A stretch of 40,622 bases of DNA from Actinomycetota bacterium (GCA_046727755.1 JBKPDG010000070.1:1-40622), one strand, 5' to 3'. Shown: positions 1 to 9,302, counted from the first letter of the stretch. Made by a program: numbers and translations. Notes: a model not told the origin generated them from the sequence alone.

Positions 1-2
1 CG

Positions 3-104
<102 letters not shown>

Positions 105-152
105 CAGACGTGATGACGGGCTACTCGCGCGGTTGTCGTTAGGCTCGGAAGG

Positions 153-881
153 GTGGGCGCGGACGCATCGGTGATGCTCGACACGCTGCTCGAGCTCCAG
201 GACCGCGACATCGCCATCGACCGACTCCGCCACCGGCGTGACACGCTCCCGGAGCGCGCCGGACTCGAATCGGTGCGCGCCGAGCTCAATGAAAGAGGCG
301 CCCGGCTCGCCGAGGCGACGGCCCGCCGCGAAGAGGTGGCTCGCGAGGAGCAGCGCTTCGACGACGAGGCGCGTTCGCTCGAGGAGAAGGCGACGGAGGT
401 CGAACGTCACATGTACTCGGGGGAGGTGACCTCACCGCGCGAGCTGCAGACGCTCCAGGCCGACGTCGACCAGTTGCGACGCCACCGGCGCAGTCTCGAG
501 GACCGTGAGCTCGAGGTGATGGAGCGCCGCGAATCGCTGGACGGTGAGGTCGACGGGTTGGGCGGGCGCGTCCGGGAGCTCGAGGCCGAAGCCGAGCGCC
601 TGAGCAGCGCCCTGTCCGAGGTCGAAGCCGAGATCGACGGCGAGCTGTCCGGGGAGCGCGTCGCCCGGAACGAGATCGCTGCCACCCTCGACGGCGGCCT
701 CCTCGAGGACTACGAGGCATGCCGGGCGCGTGCCCGCGGCATGGGCGCGGCCCGGCTGAACGGCGACACGTGCCAGGGGTGTCACTTGTCCATCCCGTCG
801 GTCGAGGCGGAGCGCATCCGCAAGAGCCCGCCGGGGACCGTGGCCCACTGCGACAACTGCGGCTGCATCCTGGTGCCGTGA
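153..881 (+). CDS. Coiled-coil protein with C-terminal C4 zinc ribbon (DUF164/zf-RING_7, Rv2229c-like)
   Basis: LLELQDRD start, long coiled coil, CQGCH...CDNCGCIL; TAGGCT 7 nt before GTG153. Confidence 0.9.
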   Translation: MGADASVMLDTLLELQDRDIAIDRLRHRRDTLPERAGLESVRAELNERGARLAEATARREEVAREEQRFDDEARSLEEKATEVERHMYSGEVTSPRELQTLQADVDQLRRHRRSLEDRELEVMERRESLDGEVDGLGGRVRELEAEAERLSSALSEVEAEIDGELSGERVARNEIAATLDGGLLEDYEACRARARGMGAARLNGDTCQGCHLSIPSVEAERIRKSPPGTVAHCDNCGCILVP

Positions 882-1294
882 CGCCACGGCCCGAGCTGGT
901 CATCTACTGCGACGGCGGCGCGCGCGGGAACCCCGGTCCCGCTGCGATCGGTGCCGTCGTGCTCGATCCTTCGACCGATCCACCCGCCCGGCTCGCGACG
1001 GTGAGCGAACGGATCGGGGTGGCGACGAACAACGTGGCCGAATACCGCGCGCTGGTCGCCGCGCTCGAGGCGGCCCGGGAGTTCCCCGCCCGGCGCGTCC
1101 GGGTCCGGGCCGACTCGCAACTGCTCGTCCGCCAACTCGAAGGCCGCTACCGGGTGAAGCAGGCGCACCTGCGGCCGTACTACGAGCGCGCCCGCGAGCT
1201 GCTCGCCGAGTACGACGACGTCGATCTCGCGCACGTACCGCGCGAGCAGAACATCGAGGCCGACGCGCTGGTCAACGCCGCCCTCGACGCCTGA
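878..1294 (+). CDS. rnhA: Ribonuclease HI family protein
   Basis: YCDGGARGNPGPAAIG, TNNVAEY, DSQLLV, HVPREQNIEADALVN; GTG878 overlaps upstream stop (GTGA). Confidence 0.9.
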   Translation: MTPRPELVIYCDGGARGNPGPAAIGAVVLDPSTDPPARLATVSERIGVATNNVAEYRALVAALEAAREFPARRVRVRADSQLLVRQLEGRYRVKQAHLRPYYERARELLAEYDDVDLAHVPREQNIEADALVNAALDA

Positions 1295-1298
1295 GCGC

Positions 1299-1781
1299 AT
1301 GCTGCTCTGGTACGCCGGCCTCTCGGTGCTGCTCGTGTACTTCGTGTTCCAGAGCACGGGTATCGACTACCGGCTCGTCGTGGCCGGCTCGCTGCTCCCG
1401 CTCGCCGTCGACGTCCCGTTCCTGGGCCTGTCGTACGGCCACACCCTGCTCGGGAGCGTCGTGCTGCTCGTCGCTGTGATGCTGCTCACCATCGGGCGGC
1501 CCCGGCTGTTGCGGCGCCGGCTCTTGTGCCTGCCCATCGGCGCTTTCTGCGGCCTGGTGCTGTCGGCGGCGTGGGCGAACACCGACGTGTTCTGGTGGCC
1601 GTTCACCGGCGCGTCGCTGCCCGACGGCGCGCTGCTGCCCGCGCCCGGCGTCGTCGTGCTGGAAGAGCTGGCGGGCCTGGCCGCGTGCGCATGGATCGTG
1701 TACCGGTTCGGCCTCGCCGACCGTGGGCGCCGGGACGACTTCGTGCGGTCGGGCCGGCTGCGGGCGCCGGCGTCGCCGTGA
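1299..1781 (+). CDS. Membrane protein, possibly related to YdjM-like metal-dependent hydrolases
   Basis: Several hydrophobic segments; GSLLP..D, YGHTLL and FWWPF motifs; sits within operon. Confidence 0.65.
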   Translation: MLLWYAGLSVLLVYFVFQSTGIDYRLVVAGSLLPLAVDVPFLGLSYGHTLLGSVVLLVAVMLLTIGRPRLLRRRLLCLPIGAFCGLVLSAAWANTDVFWWPFTGASLPDGALLPAPGVVVLEELAGLAACAWIVYRFGLADRGRRDDFVRSGRLRAPASP

Positions 1782-2344
1782 TCGCGTTCGTCCGCCACGG
1801 TGAGACGCCGCCCAACCGGGCGGGACTCCTCCTGGGCCGCAGCGACGCCGCGCTCACCGATCGCGGGCGCGCGCAGGCCGAGCGCCTGGCCGAGGTAGTC
1901 GCCGGCCTCGGTGTCGAGCGCGTGCTCACCAGCCCGCTGCGGCGCGCGTGTGACACGGCAGCGCCGATCGCGGCGGCGTGCAGCCGCACGGTCGAGGTCG
2001 ACGAGCGGCTGATCGAGATCGACTACGGCGAGTGGGAGGCCCAGCCGTTCGCCGAGCTTCCGTCCGACGTCGTCGCGCACTGGCGCGGTGACGGCGCGTT
2101 CGCGCCGCCGGGCGGAGAGAGCCTCGCGGTGGTTGCGGAGCGCGTGGCCACGTTCTGCGACGAGTGGCTGGACGACCGCGTGATCGTGGCTGTGAGCCAT
2201 GTGTCGCCGATCAAGGCCGCCGTGACCTGGACGCTGCGCGTCCCGCCCCAGCTCGCCTGGCGCATGCGCCTCGACGTCGCCTCGATCACCCGCATCGCCC
2301 CCGGCCCCGTCCTGCTCAGCTTCAACGAGACGATGCGTTCATAG
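1778..2344 (+). CDS. Histidine phosphatase family protein (CobC/phosphoglycerate mutase-like)
   Basis: FVRHGET, TSPLRRA, EIDYGEWE, PGGES, VSH; GTG1778 overlaps upstream stop. Confidence 0.9.
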   Translation: MIAFVRHGETPPNRAGLLLGRSDAALTDRGRAQAERLAEVVAGLGVERVLTSPLRRACDTAAPIAAACSRTVEVDERLIEIDYGEWEAQPFAELPSDVVAHWRGDGAFAPPGGESLAVVAERVATFCDEWLDDRVIVAVSHVSPIKAAVTWTLRVPPQLAWRMRLDVASITRIAPGPVLLSFNETMRS

Positions 2345-2372
2345 CCCGGAACTATTCCGGTTCAGGTACGCA

Positions 2373-3434
2373 TCACTCCACGCGCACGGGGATCGACGGG
2401 CCGCGTGCCGGGCGGGCGTGGGCGCCGGCGCCGTCGACGACGAAGCGGCCTTCGCCCGGCCCGTCGGCGACTGGCATGCCGAGCGCGTCGAGCAGGGCGA
2501 CGTCGGCCTCGGGCGGACGCCCCGTCGTCGTGAGGTAGTTACCGACGATCAGCGCGTTCGCGCCCGCCAGCAGGCCCATGGCCTGCAGCTCGCCGAGCAC
2601 GCGCTCGCGCCCGCCGGCGAGCCGGATCCACGCGCCCGGCATGACGAGCCGGAACAGCGCGATCGCCTGCAACGCCTCACGCGGCGCGAGCAGCTGTCGG
2701 TCGTCGAGGGGCGTGCCGGGCCGCGGGTCGAGCAGGTTGATCGGCACCTCGCAGGGCTCCAGCGCCGCCAGCTCGAAGGCGAAGTCGATCCGTTGCTCGA
2801 GCGTCTCGCCCATGCCCAGGATCCCGCCGCAGCACAGCTCCATGCCGGCGTCGGTCGCCAGGCGTGCGGTCGCGACGCGGTCGTCCCACGTGTGCGTCGT
2901 GCAGATGGAGGGGAACACCTCCCGGCAGGTCTCGAGGTTGTGGTTGTAGCGGCGCACGCCGGCGGCGGCCAGCCGCTCCGCCTGCTCACGGGTCAACAAC
3001 CCGAGCGAGCACGCGACCTCGAGTCCCGTCTCGCGATGCACCGCGTCGACCGCCTCGAGCACCTTCCGTAGGAGCCGCTCCTCCGGGCCGCGCACGGCGA
3101 CGACGATGCAGAACTGCGTCGCACCCGCGTCGCGCGTAGCGCGGGCGGCGGCCACCACGTCGTCGAGGTCGAGGAACGCGAACACGTCGACGCCAGTCTC
3201 GAACCGGGCCGACTGCGAGCAGAACGCGCAGTCCTCGGGGCATGCGCCGGACTTGGCGTTGATGAGCGATTCGAGCTCGACCTCGAGGCCGCAGTAGGCG
3301 AGCCGGACCCGGTGGGCGAGCGCGACCACGTCGGGCAGCCGGTCGAGCGGCAGCGCCGCGACCGCCGCGACCTCGTCGCGGGTCAGGGGACGGCGCTCGT
3401 CGAGCAGGGCACGGGAGGCAGCGGCGAGCGGCAT
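2373..3434 (-). CDS. bioB: Biotin synthase (radical SAM)
   Basis: KSGACPEDCAFCSQS, YNHNLET, CCGGILGMGE, VPINLL, RLAGGRE, GNYLTT; start ATG3434 with TACGCT 7 nt upstream. Confidence 0.95.
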   Translation of the reverse strand: MPLAAASRALLDERRPLTRDEVAAVAALPLDRLPDVVALAHRVRLAYCGLEVELESLINAKSGACPEDCAFCSQSARFETGVDVFAFLDLDDVVAAARATRDAGATQFCIVVAVRGPEERLLRKVLEAVDAVHRETGLEVACSLGLLTREQAERLAAAGVRRYNHNLETCREVFPSICTTHTWDDRVATARLATDAGMELCCGGILGMGETLEQRIDFAFELAALEPCEVPINLLDPRPGTPLDDRQLLAPREALQAIALFRLVMPGAWIRLAGGRERVLGELQAMGLLAGANALIVGNYLTTTGRPPEADVALLDALGMPVADGPGEGRFVVDGAGAHARPARGPSIPVRVE

Positions 3435-3457
3435 TCGGGGGAGCGTAGAGCGTTCGG

Positions 3458-4345
3458 CTAGGTCGCGGCGGCTCCGGCCTGCTCGCTGTCCGACCACACG
3501 ACGGCCAGCACGTGGCGCGGCTGCGGCACGCCGCGGAGCTCGCGCAGACCCCGGTCCTGGAGCTGGAGCTGACCGCCGACGTAGTCGGCGACCGGCTCCG
3601 TGACGAGGATCTCGCCCGGCTCGGCCTCGCCGGTGACGCGGGAGGCGAGGTTGACGACCCGCCCGATGAGGTCGCCGTCGTCGTGCACTGCTTCGCCGGC
3701 GTGCACACCGATGCGGAGGCGGAGCCCGAGCCCGGCGGCGGCCACGTCCTGGACATCGCGCTGGATGTCGACCGCGCACAGGACGGCGTCGGCGGGGCTC
3801 GGGAACTGGGCGAGGAACCCGTCGCCCTGCGTGCCGACCTCCTCCCCGCCTCGTGCCGAGAACGCGGCGCGCACGAACTCGCGGTAGCGCGAGACAACGC
3901 CCGTCCATTCGTCGTCGCCGACCTCCTCGGCGAGGCGGGTGGAGTCGACGATGTCGCTGAACATCACGGCGACCCACCGCTTCACGGGTCCCTGCGGGGC
4001 CGCCTTCCGCTCGCGCTGGCGAGCGGCGAGCGAGCGCAGCACCTCTGCCAGCGCGTCCCCGACCTGTGTGCCGGCGCGCTTGGCCCGCTCGACCTCGCGG
4101 CGGCGGCGCTTCTTTCGGCCCCGATCGCCGAAGATCCCGGCGACGACGAACCCGAGATCGACCACGAGCACGGCGGCGGCGGCGAGGATCACCCAGATCG
4201 GCCAAAAGCCGAGCTTCCGGGAGAGCGTCGGATTCTCGGCGATGTCCGACAGCTCCGCGAACGAGCCGCTCGTGAGCGCCCATGTCGCGACCACGAAGCC
4301 GCACACCGCGATCGAGATGAACAGGTGGACCACGAACCGCTGCAC
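3458..4345 (-). CDS. Class III nucleotide cyclase with N-terminal 2TM domain
   Basis: Two TM helices with FWPIW; MFSDIVDST, QGDGF, RIGVHAGE, DLIGRVVNLASRV; GGAGGAG RBS. Confidence 0.88.
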   Translation of the reverse strand: MQRFVVHLFISIAVCGFVVATWALTSGSFAELSDIAENPTLSRKLGFWPIWVILAAAAVLVVDLGFVVAGIFGDRGRKKRRRREVERAKRAGTQVGDALAEVLRSLAARQRERKAAPQGPVKRWVAVMFSDIVDSTRLAEEVGDDEWTGVVSRYREFVRAAFSARGGEEVGTQGDGFLAQFPSPADAVLCAVDIQRDVQDVAAAGLGLRLRIGVHAGEAVHDDGDLIGRVVNLASRVTGEAEPGEILVTEPVADYVGGQLQLQDRGLRELRGVPQPRHVLAVVWSDSEQAGAAAT

Positions 4346-4367
4346 CGGCGCTCCTCCGGCCGTTCGC

Positions 4368-4919
4368 TCACGGGGAGTCTCGCAGAGGCAGCCCCGGTTC
4401 GCCCCCGTCGTAGACGAGGCGGCGCCCGTCGACGCGGGCCTCGGGTGTCGGCCGGTGCGGATCGAGCCGGCCGTCGTGGAAGAGATGCTCGACCGCGGCG
4501 CCGTGGAGCAGCACGACGGCGTCGGCGACGAGCCGTCGGTGGCAGCGCCACCACACGCTCTCGGCGCACATCACGGTCGTCCGGCGCGTGCCGGCCTCGG
4601 CGAGGAGATCGTCGACCGCGTCCTGGAAGTCCTGGGTCTCCATGTGGTCGGCGTACCCGCGAAAACCCGGGACGCGCAGCAGCGCCCCGTGTGGGGAGTC
4701 CGGACGCGGCCGTCGCCGCCCGCCGAGCCGGGGTTCCCATCGGTACGCGATATCCGCGTCGGGGAGCCACCGCTCCATCGCCTCGCGCGCGAATTGGGGA
4801 TGACGGCGGCTGGCCGGGAACGAGCGCACGTCGACGACGAGCTCGATGCCGGCTTCTGCCACCACGGCCGCGAGGTCCTCAGCCGGCAGCGTTCCGTGCC
4901 CAACCGTGTAGATCGTCAC
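4368..4919 (-). CDS. DUF488 family protein
   Basis: TIYTVGHGT, VDVRSFPASRRHPQF, LGGRR, MCAESVWWRCHRRLVAD; GTG4919 overlaps upstream stop. Confidence 0.9.
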   Translation of the reverse strand: MTIYTVGHGTLPAEDLAAVVAEAGIELVVDVRSFPASRRHPQFAREAMERWLPDADIAYRWEPRLGGRRRPRPDSPHGALLRVPGFRGYADHMETQDFQDAVDDLLAEAGTRRTTVMCAESVWWRCHRRLVADAVVLLHGAAVEHLFHDGRLDPHRPTPEARVDGRRLVYDGGEPGLPLRDSP

Positions 4920-5569
4920 CAATGCAGCTCCATGCGGAGGCCGCGTGCGTCGTGCGTGGGCGCGTCCGGCACACGGGAAGCGCTGCCGTTGGCGATCCGC
5001 CGCGCGCTCCACCAGAGCGCGCACGCGTCGAGCAGATCGTCGACGGCCGCGCCCGCCGGTCGCTCGGGGACGACGACGCCTGCGCGTTGCAGGATGGCGC
5101 GGCGTTCCGCCGACCCGCCCGCGCGGCGTTTCGGCGCCATGACAGGCGCCCCGCCGCTCATCGCGGCGAAGCACAGCTCGGGATGCGCCTCGAAGACGCG
5201 CGACTGGAGCGCGGGCGTCATGACGCGGTCGACGTCCTCGATGCGCGGCAACAGGTTCAGGGTCTGGAGCGTGATGCGCGCGCCCCGGCCCTGGGCGTCT
5301 GGCAACGTCCGTACGCCGAGCACGCACCGGGGTGGTGCCGAGAACACCGAGCTGCGCTTCGGGCCCAGCACGGCCCGCGCTGCCCGGTCGACCTCTCGTC
5401 CGCCGGGCTCGTGGTGATCGGCGAGGCCGATCGGCATGTCGACGGCAACCACAGTGTCGTCGGGGAGCGAGGCGAGCACAGAGGCGAAGTCGGGGTGGAC
5501 CGTCGCCTCGCCGACATGCACGACCACCCATCCACCGCGGCATCCGTCTACGCCCGCCACCGGCACCAC
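4916..5569 (-). CDS. DUF429 family protein (predicted nuclease, RNase H-like)
   Basis: AGVDGCRGGW, VDMPIGL, R.VDRAAR, SSVFSAP, EAHPELCF, DDLLDA. Confidence 0.88.
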   Translation of the reverse strand: MVPVAGVDGCRGGWVVVHVGEATVHPDFASVLASLPDDTVVAVDMPIGLADHHEPGGREVDRAARAVLGPKRSSVFSAPPRCVLGVRTLPDAQGRGARITLQTLNLLPRIEDVDRVMTPALQSRVFEAHPELCFAAMSGGAPVMAPKRRAGGSAERRAILQRAGVVVPERPAGAAVDDLLDACALWWSARRIANGSASRVPDAPTHDARGLRMELHW

Positions 5570-5576
5570 ACCGGCG

Positions 5577-5590
5577 AGACTACGTACCCT
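5577..5590. promoter_or_regulatory. Back-to-back divergent -10 boxes for leaderless transcripts
   Basis: TAGTCT (-, 5577-5582) and TACCCT (+, 5585-5590), each 7 nt from a GTG start (5569, 5598). Confidence 0.6.
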
Positions 5591-5597
5591 GACAGCC

Positions 5598-6950
5598 GTG
5601 GCGGAGAGGGTCGAAGCCGATGTCGTCGTCGTCGGCGCCGGCATCGCGGGCCTGATCGCCGCACGCGACCTCGTCGCCGCCGGCAAGGAGGTCGTCGTGC
5701 TCGAAGCGCGCGACCGCGTTGGCGGACGGGTGCTCAACCATGAGCTGTCCGACGGCACGGTCGTCGAGCTCGGCGGACAGTGGATCGGCCCGACGCAGCT
5801 GCGCATGGCGAAGCTCGCGGCCGACCTCGGCCTCGAAACGTTCCCGACGCACAACACCGGAGAGCACCTGGTGCGTTTGGGTGACCGGCAGATCCGGTAT
5901 CGAACACGTCCGAGCCTCGGCCCGCTCGTCCTCGCCGACATCGGCCAGGCACAAGCGCGCTTCGATCGTCTCGCCGCGCGCGTCCCCCTCGAGGTCCCGT
6001 GGGCGGCCGACCGCGCCGCCGAGCTCGACGCGCAGACGTTCGAGTCCTGGATCCGCCGCAACGCCCTGACCTCGACGGGCCGTGAGCTGCTGCGGCTGTA
6101 CGCCGAAGGCGTCTTCGCTGCCGAGCCGTCGGACTTCTCGCTGCTCCACGCGCTCTTCTACACGCACTCGGGCGGCGGGGTGGACGCGCTGGCGGGCACG
6201 GCGGGCGGCGCCCAACAGGACCGCTTCGTCGGCGGCTCACAGCTCGTCCCGCTCCGTCTCGCCGAACGACTCGGTGACCGGGTGCGGCTCGGCGCTGCAG
6301 TTCGCCGCATCGAGCAACGCGAGACCGGGGCGACCGTGCATGCCGACGGCGTGGACGCGACCACGGCGCGCGTCATCGTCGCCGTCCCGCCGACGCTGGC
6401 GGGCCGGATCGCCTACGACCCACCGCTGCCCGCAGTACGCGACCAGCTCACCCAGCGCGTGCCGGCGGGATCTGTGATCAAGTGCCACGCGGTGTACGAC
6501 ACGCCGTTCTGGCGCGAGGCCGGGCTCACCGGTCAGGCGACGGGCGACCGCGGCCCGGCCAAGGTCGTCTTCGACAACTCGCCGCCCGGAGGCTCGCCCG
6601 GGGTGTTGCTCGCGTTCCTCGAGGGCGAGGCGGCGCGGCGCCTCAATCGCGCCAGCGCGGCCGAACGCCGCGCCGCCGTGCTCGGCTCGCTCGTCGACTT
6701 CTTCGGTCGCCCCGCGGCGGACCCCGTCGAGTACGTGGAGCTCGACTGGGCCGAGGAGGAATGGACACGCGGCTGCTACGGCGCGCACTTCCCGACCGGG
6801 GTGTGGACGCAGTACGGCCCGGCACTGCGGACGCCGGTGGGTCGCATCCATTGGGCGGGCGCCGAGACGGCGACGGTCTGGAGCGGTTACATGGACGGCG
6901 CCGTGCAGTCAGGCGAGCGCGCCGCCGCCGAGGTCGTGCACGCCGAATAG
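5598..6950 (+). CDS. Flavin-containing monoamine oxidase family protein
   Basis: VVGAGIAG, LEARDRVGGR, ELGGQWIGPTQ, WTRGCY, GYMDGAVQSGERAA. Confidence 0.93.
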   Translation: MAERVEADVVVVGAGIAGLIAARDLVAAGKEVVVLEARDRVGGRVLNHELSDGTVVELGGQWIGPTQLRMAKLAADLGLETFPTHNTGEHLVRLGDRQIRYRTRPSLGPLVLADIGQAQARFDRLAARVPLEVPWAADRAAELDAQTFESWIRRNALTSTGRELLRLYAEGVFAAEPSDFSLLHALFYTHSGGGVDALAGTAGGAQQDRFVGGSQLVPLRLAERLGDRVRLGAAVRRIEQRETGATVHADGVDATTARVIVAVPPTLAGRIAYDPPLPAVRDQLTQRVPAGSVIKCHAVYDTPFWREAGLTGQATGDRGPAKVVFDNSPPGGSPGVLLAFLEGEAARRLNRASAAERRAAVLGSLVDFFGRPAADPVEYVELDWAEEEWTRGCYGAHFPTGVWTQYGPALRTPVGRIHWAGAETATVWSGYMDGAVQSGERAAAEVVHAE

Positions 6951-6969
6951 TCCGCCGCACGCCGCCCGG

Positions 6970-7200
6970 TCAGTCCGAACGCGCGTCCTGTGAAGCGGGA
7001 TGCTCGACGACGGCAACGACCCGGCTCGACATGAACCGAGCCGATCGCACCACCTGCCCGCCCCGCGTGACCTCGGCGACCTCCACGGTCCCGCGGGCGA
7101 TGACTACGTCGACCCGCCGGCCTTCGCGCGTGGCGACGACCTCGAAGCCGCGTACCTCGTTCCCCGTGTCGACCAGGATCTCGACCCGGTCCCCCTTCAC
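6970..7200 (-). CDS. Small hypothetical beta-rich protein (76 aa)
   Basis: Fills the gap downstream of the SDR; natural composition; TACGCT 9 nt upstream. Confidence 0.6.
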   Translation of the reverse strand: MKGDRVEILVDTGNEVRGFEVVATREGRRVDVVIARGTVEVAEVTRGGQVVRSARFMSSRVVAVVEHPASQDARSD

Positions 7201-7223
7201 AACTTCACAAGCGTAGAGGACCG

Positions 7224-7997
7224 TCAGCGAGCGGGGACCAGACCGCCGTCCGCGACCACGACCTGCCCGGTGACGAAGCTGGCGGCGTCGGACGCCAGGA
7301 ACACCGCCGGCCCCGCCATCTCGTCGGGATGAGCCATTCGCTGCTGGAAGCTCGCGCTCGCCATCTGCTCCTGGGCTTCAGGTGTGTTTTTCCGCATCAT
7401 CGCGGTGTCGACGGCGCCCGGTGCGAGCGCGTTCACACGAATGCCGAGCGGCGCGAACTCCTCTGCCATCGAACGGGTGAAGGAGAGCAAAGCGGCCTTC
7501 GTCGCGCCGTACGTCGCGATGAAGGGCGAGGGGAGGAAGGCCCCGGCGGAGATCACGTTGATCACGGCCGCGGACGGGCTGGTGCGAAGGTGTGGGAGCG
7601 CCTCCTGGATGAGGAAGACGGGGCCGCGCAGGTTCACGTCCATCGACTTGGCGTACGCCTCGGGCGTGAAATGACCGAGGTCCTCGCGCAACGGTGTGGC
7701 CGCGTTGTTCACGACGATGTCGAGACGTCCCAGCTCGCCGACGGTCCGCTCGACGAGCGCGTGCAAGGAATCGAGCTCGCCGAGATGCGTCGGAACGCCG
7801 ATCGCCTGGCCGCCCATTGCACGCAGCGCGGCTTCGGTCTCCTCACACGCGTCGTCCTTGCGGCTGGCAACGGCGACGCCGGCACCGGCGGCGACGAACC
7901 CCTCGGCGATCGACCGGCCGATCCCGCGGGTGCCACCGGTGACGATGGCGACCCGACCCGTGAGGTCGAACAGTTTTCGCAGCTGGTCCCGGTCCAC
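7224..7997 (-). CDS. SDR family NAD(P)-dependent oxidoreductase
   Basis: TGGTRGIG, NNAA, YGATK, RVNALAPG, TGQVVVADGG. Confidence 0.93.
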   Translation of the reverse strand: MDRDQLRKLFDLTGRVAIVTGGTRGIGRSIAEGFVAAGAGVAVASRKDDACEETEAALRAMGGQAIGVPTHLGELDSLHALVERTVGELGRLDIVVNNAATPLREDLGHFTPEAYAKSMDVNLRGPVFLIQEALPHLRTSPSAAVINVISAGAFLPSPFIATYGATKAALLSFTRSMAEEFAPLGIRVNALAPGAVDTAMMRKNTPEAQEQMASASFQQRMAHPDEMAGPAVFLASDAASFVTGQVVVADGGLVPAR

Positions 7998-8009
7998 GAA
8001 GCGGCGGCG

Positions 8010-9302
8010 TCAGGACCGCGGACGCGAGGCGGCCCCGGTCATCTGCTTCCACGTCGTGATGTCGCGCTCGTCGGCGGGGCGGCCGACCCGGGTGACCGTG
8101 TCGACGTCGGCGGCCTCGGCTCGCAGCGCGCCGACCGTGCAAAGCTCCGCCGCCCGGATACGGAACGGGTCGAACTGATAATGGCGCATGGCGTTGCCAT
8201 GCGTGAGCTTGGCGACGACCTCGGGGTCGAGATCGGCCAGCAGGGTCTCGAGGCGCTCGGGTGCGGTCGGCCACGAGCTGTCGGAGTGGGGGTAGTCCGA
8301 CTCCCAGCACACGTTGTCGACGTTGAACTCGTCGAGCAGCTTCACGCCGACGCGATCCTCGATGAAGCAGCACAGGATGCGCTCGCGGAACAGCTCGCTC
8401 GGCCGCAGGCCCTGGGGCTGCTCGTGTCCCATCCATGCGTTGTGCCGGTCGAGGGTGTGCTCGCCCCGCTGGAGGAAGTACGGGATCCAGCCGATGTCGC
8501 CCTCGGTCAACGCGAAGCGCAGCTTCGGGAAGCGGTGCCAGAAATCGGCCCAGAGGAGGTCACCGAGGGTGAAGATGCTCATCGCCGACGACAGGTTCAT
8601 CGGCACCGGCGGCGGTGCGTCCGGCGCGGTGGACGCGCTCTTCGACGACGAGCCGACGTGGCAGCACAGCACGGTCCCGGTGTCGGAGCACGCCGCGAAC
8701 AGCGGGTCCCAGGCGTCGGTGTGGATGCTGGGCATGCCGAGTCCGGCCGGGTTCTCCGAGAACGTCACGGCGTGGCAGCCCTTGTCGTCGAGCCGGCGGA
8801 CTTCCTTGGCGGCCTCGTCGACGTCGAACAGGGGCAGGATGCCGCAGGGGATGAACCGCTCGGGGTACGCGCCGCACCACTCGTCGACGTGCCAGTCGTT
8901 GTACGCCTTGATCATCGCGAGGTTGACGTCGCGATCCGGGCCGGCGTTGAGCACTTGCCCCGAGAAGCCGGTCCAGTTCGGGAAGTTGAGGCCCGCGAGC
9001 TGCCCGCCGGCCGACATGTCGCGCACGCGCTCGTGCACGTCGTAGCAGCCCGGTCGCATCTCCTCGTAGCGCGTCGGGTTCACGTTGAACATCTCGGGGG
9101 GCTTGCCCGCCACGGCGTTGAGCCCGAGATTCCGGCCCCGGATCTCGCCGTAGAACCACTGCTGCGACCCGTCGGGTTCGTCCACGACGCGGGGCATCTG
9201 GTCGCGGTACTTCGCCGGGACGTGGGCGTCGAACATGTCCGCCGGCTCGCAGATGTGGTCGTCGACGGAGACCAGGATGAGCTCGTCGCGGCGCACGGTC
9301 AT
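8010..9302 (-). CDS. Amidohydrolase 2 family protein
   Basis: SVDDHICEP, AYNDWHVDEWC, CCHVG, TEGDIGWIP, WESDYPHSDSSWP; start ATG9302. Confidence 0.9.
   Translation of the reverse strand: MTVRRDELILVSVDDHICEPADMFDAHVPAKYRDQMPRVVDEPDGSQQWFYGEIRGRNLGLNAVAGKPPEMFNVNPTRYEEMRPGCYDVHERVRDMSAGGQLAGLNFPNWTGFSGQVLNAGPDRDVNLAMIKAYNDWHVDEWCGAYPERFIPCGILPLFDVDEAAKEVRRLDDKGCHAVTFSENPAGLGMPSIHTDAWDPLFAACSDTGTVLCCHVGSSSKSASTAPDAPPPVPMNLSSAMSIFTLGDLLWADFWHRFPKLRFALTEGDIGWIPYFLQRGEHTLDRHNAWMGHEQPQGLRPSELFRERILCCFIEDRVGVKLLDEFNVDNVCWESDYPHSDSSWPTAPERLETLLADLDPEVVAKLTHGNAMRHYQFDPFRIRAAELCTVGALRAEAADVDTVTRVGRPADERDITTWKQMTGAASRPRS

Noticed and set aside
2373-4304. 643-aa ORF as an extended BioB fusion
   Set aside because: The extension is an Arg-rich alternate frame over the cyclase; BioB starts at 3434 with its own -10
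3512-5743. Long + strand ORFs (743 aa, 492 aa)
   Set aside because: Antisense shadows of the cyclase, DUF488 and DUF429 genes in high-GC DNA; no motifs
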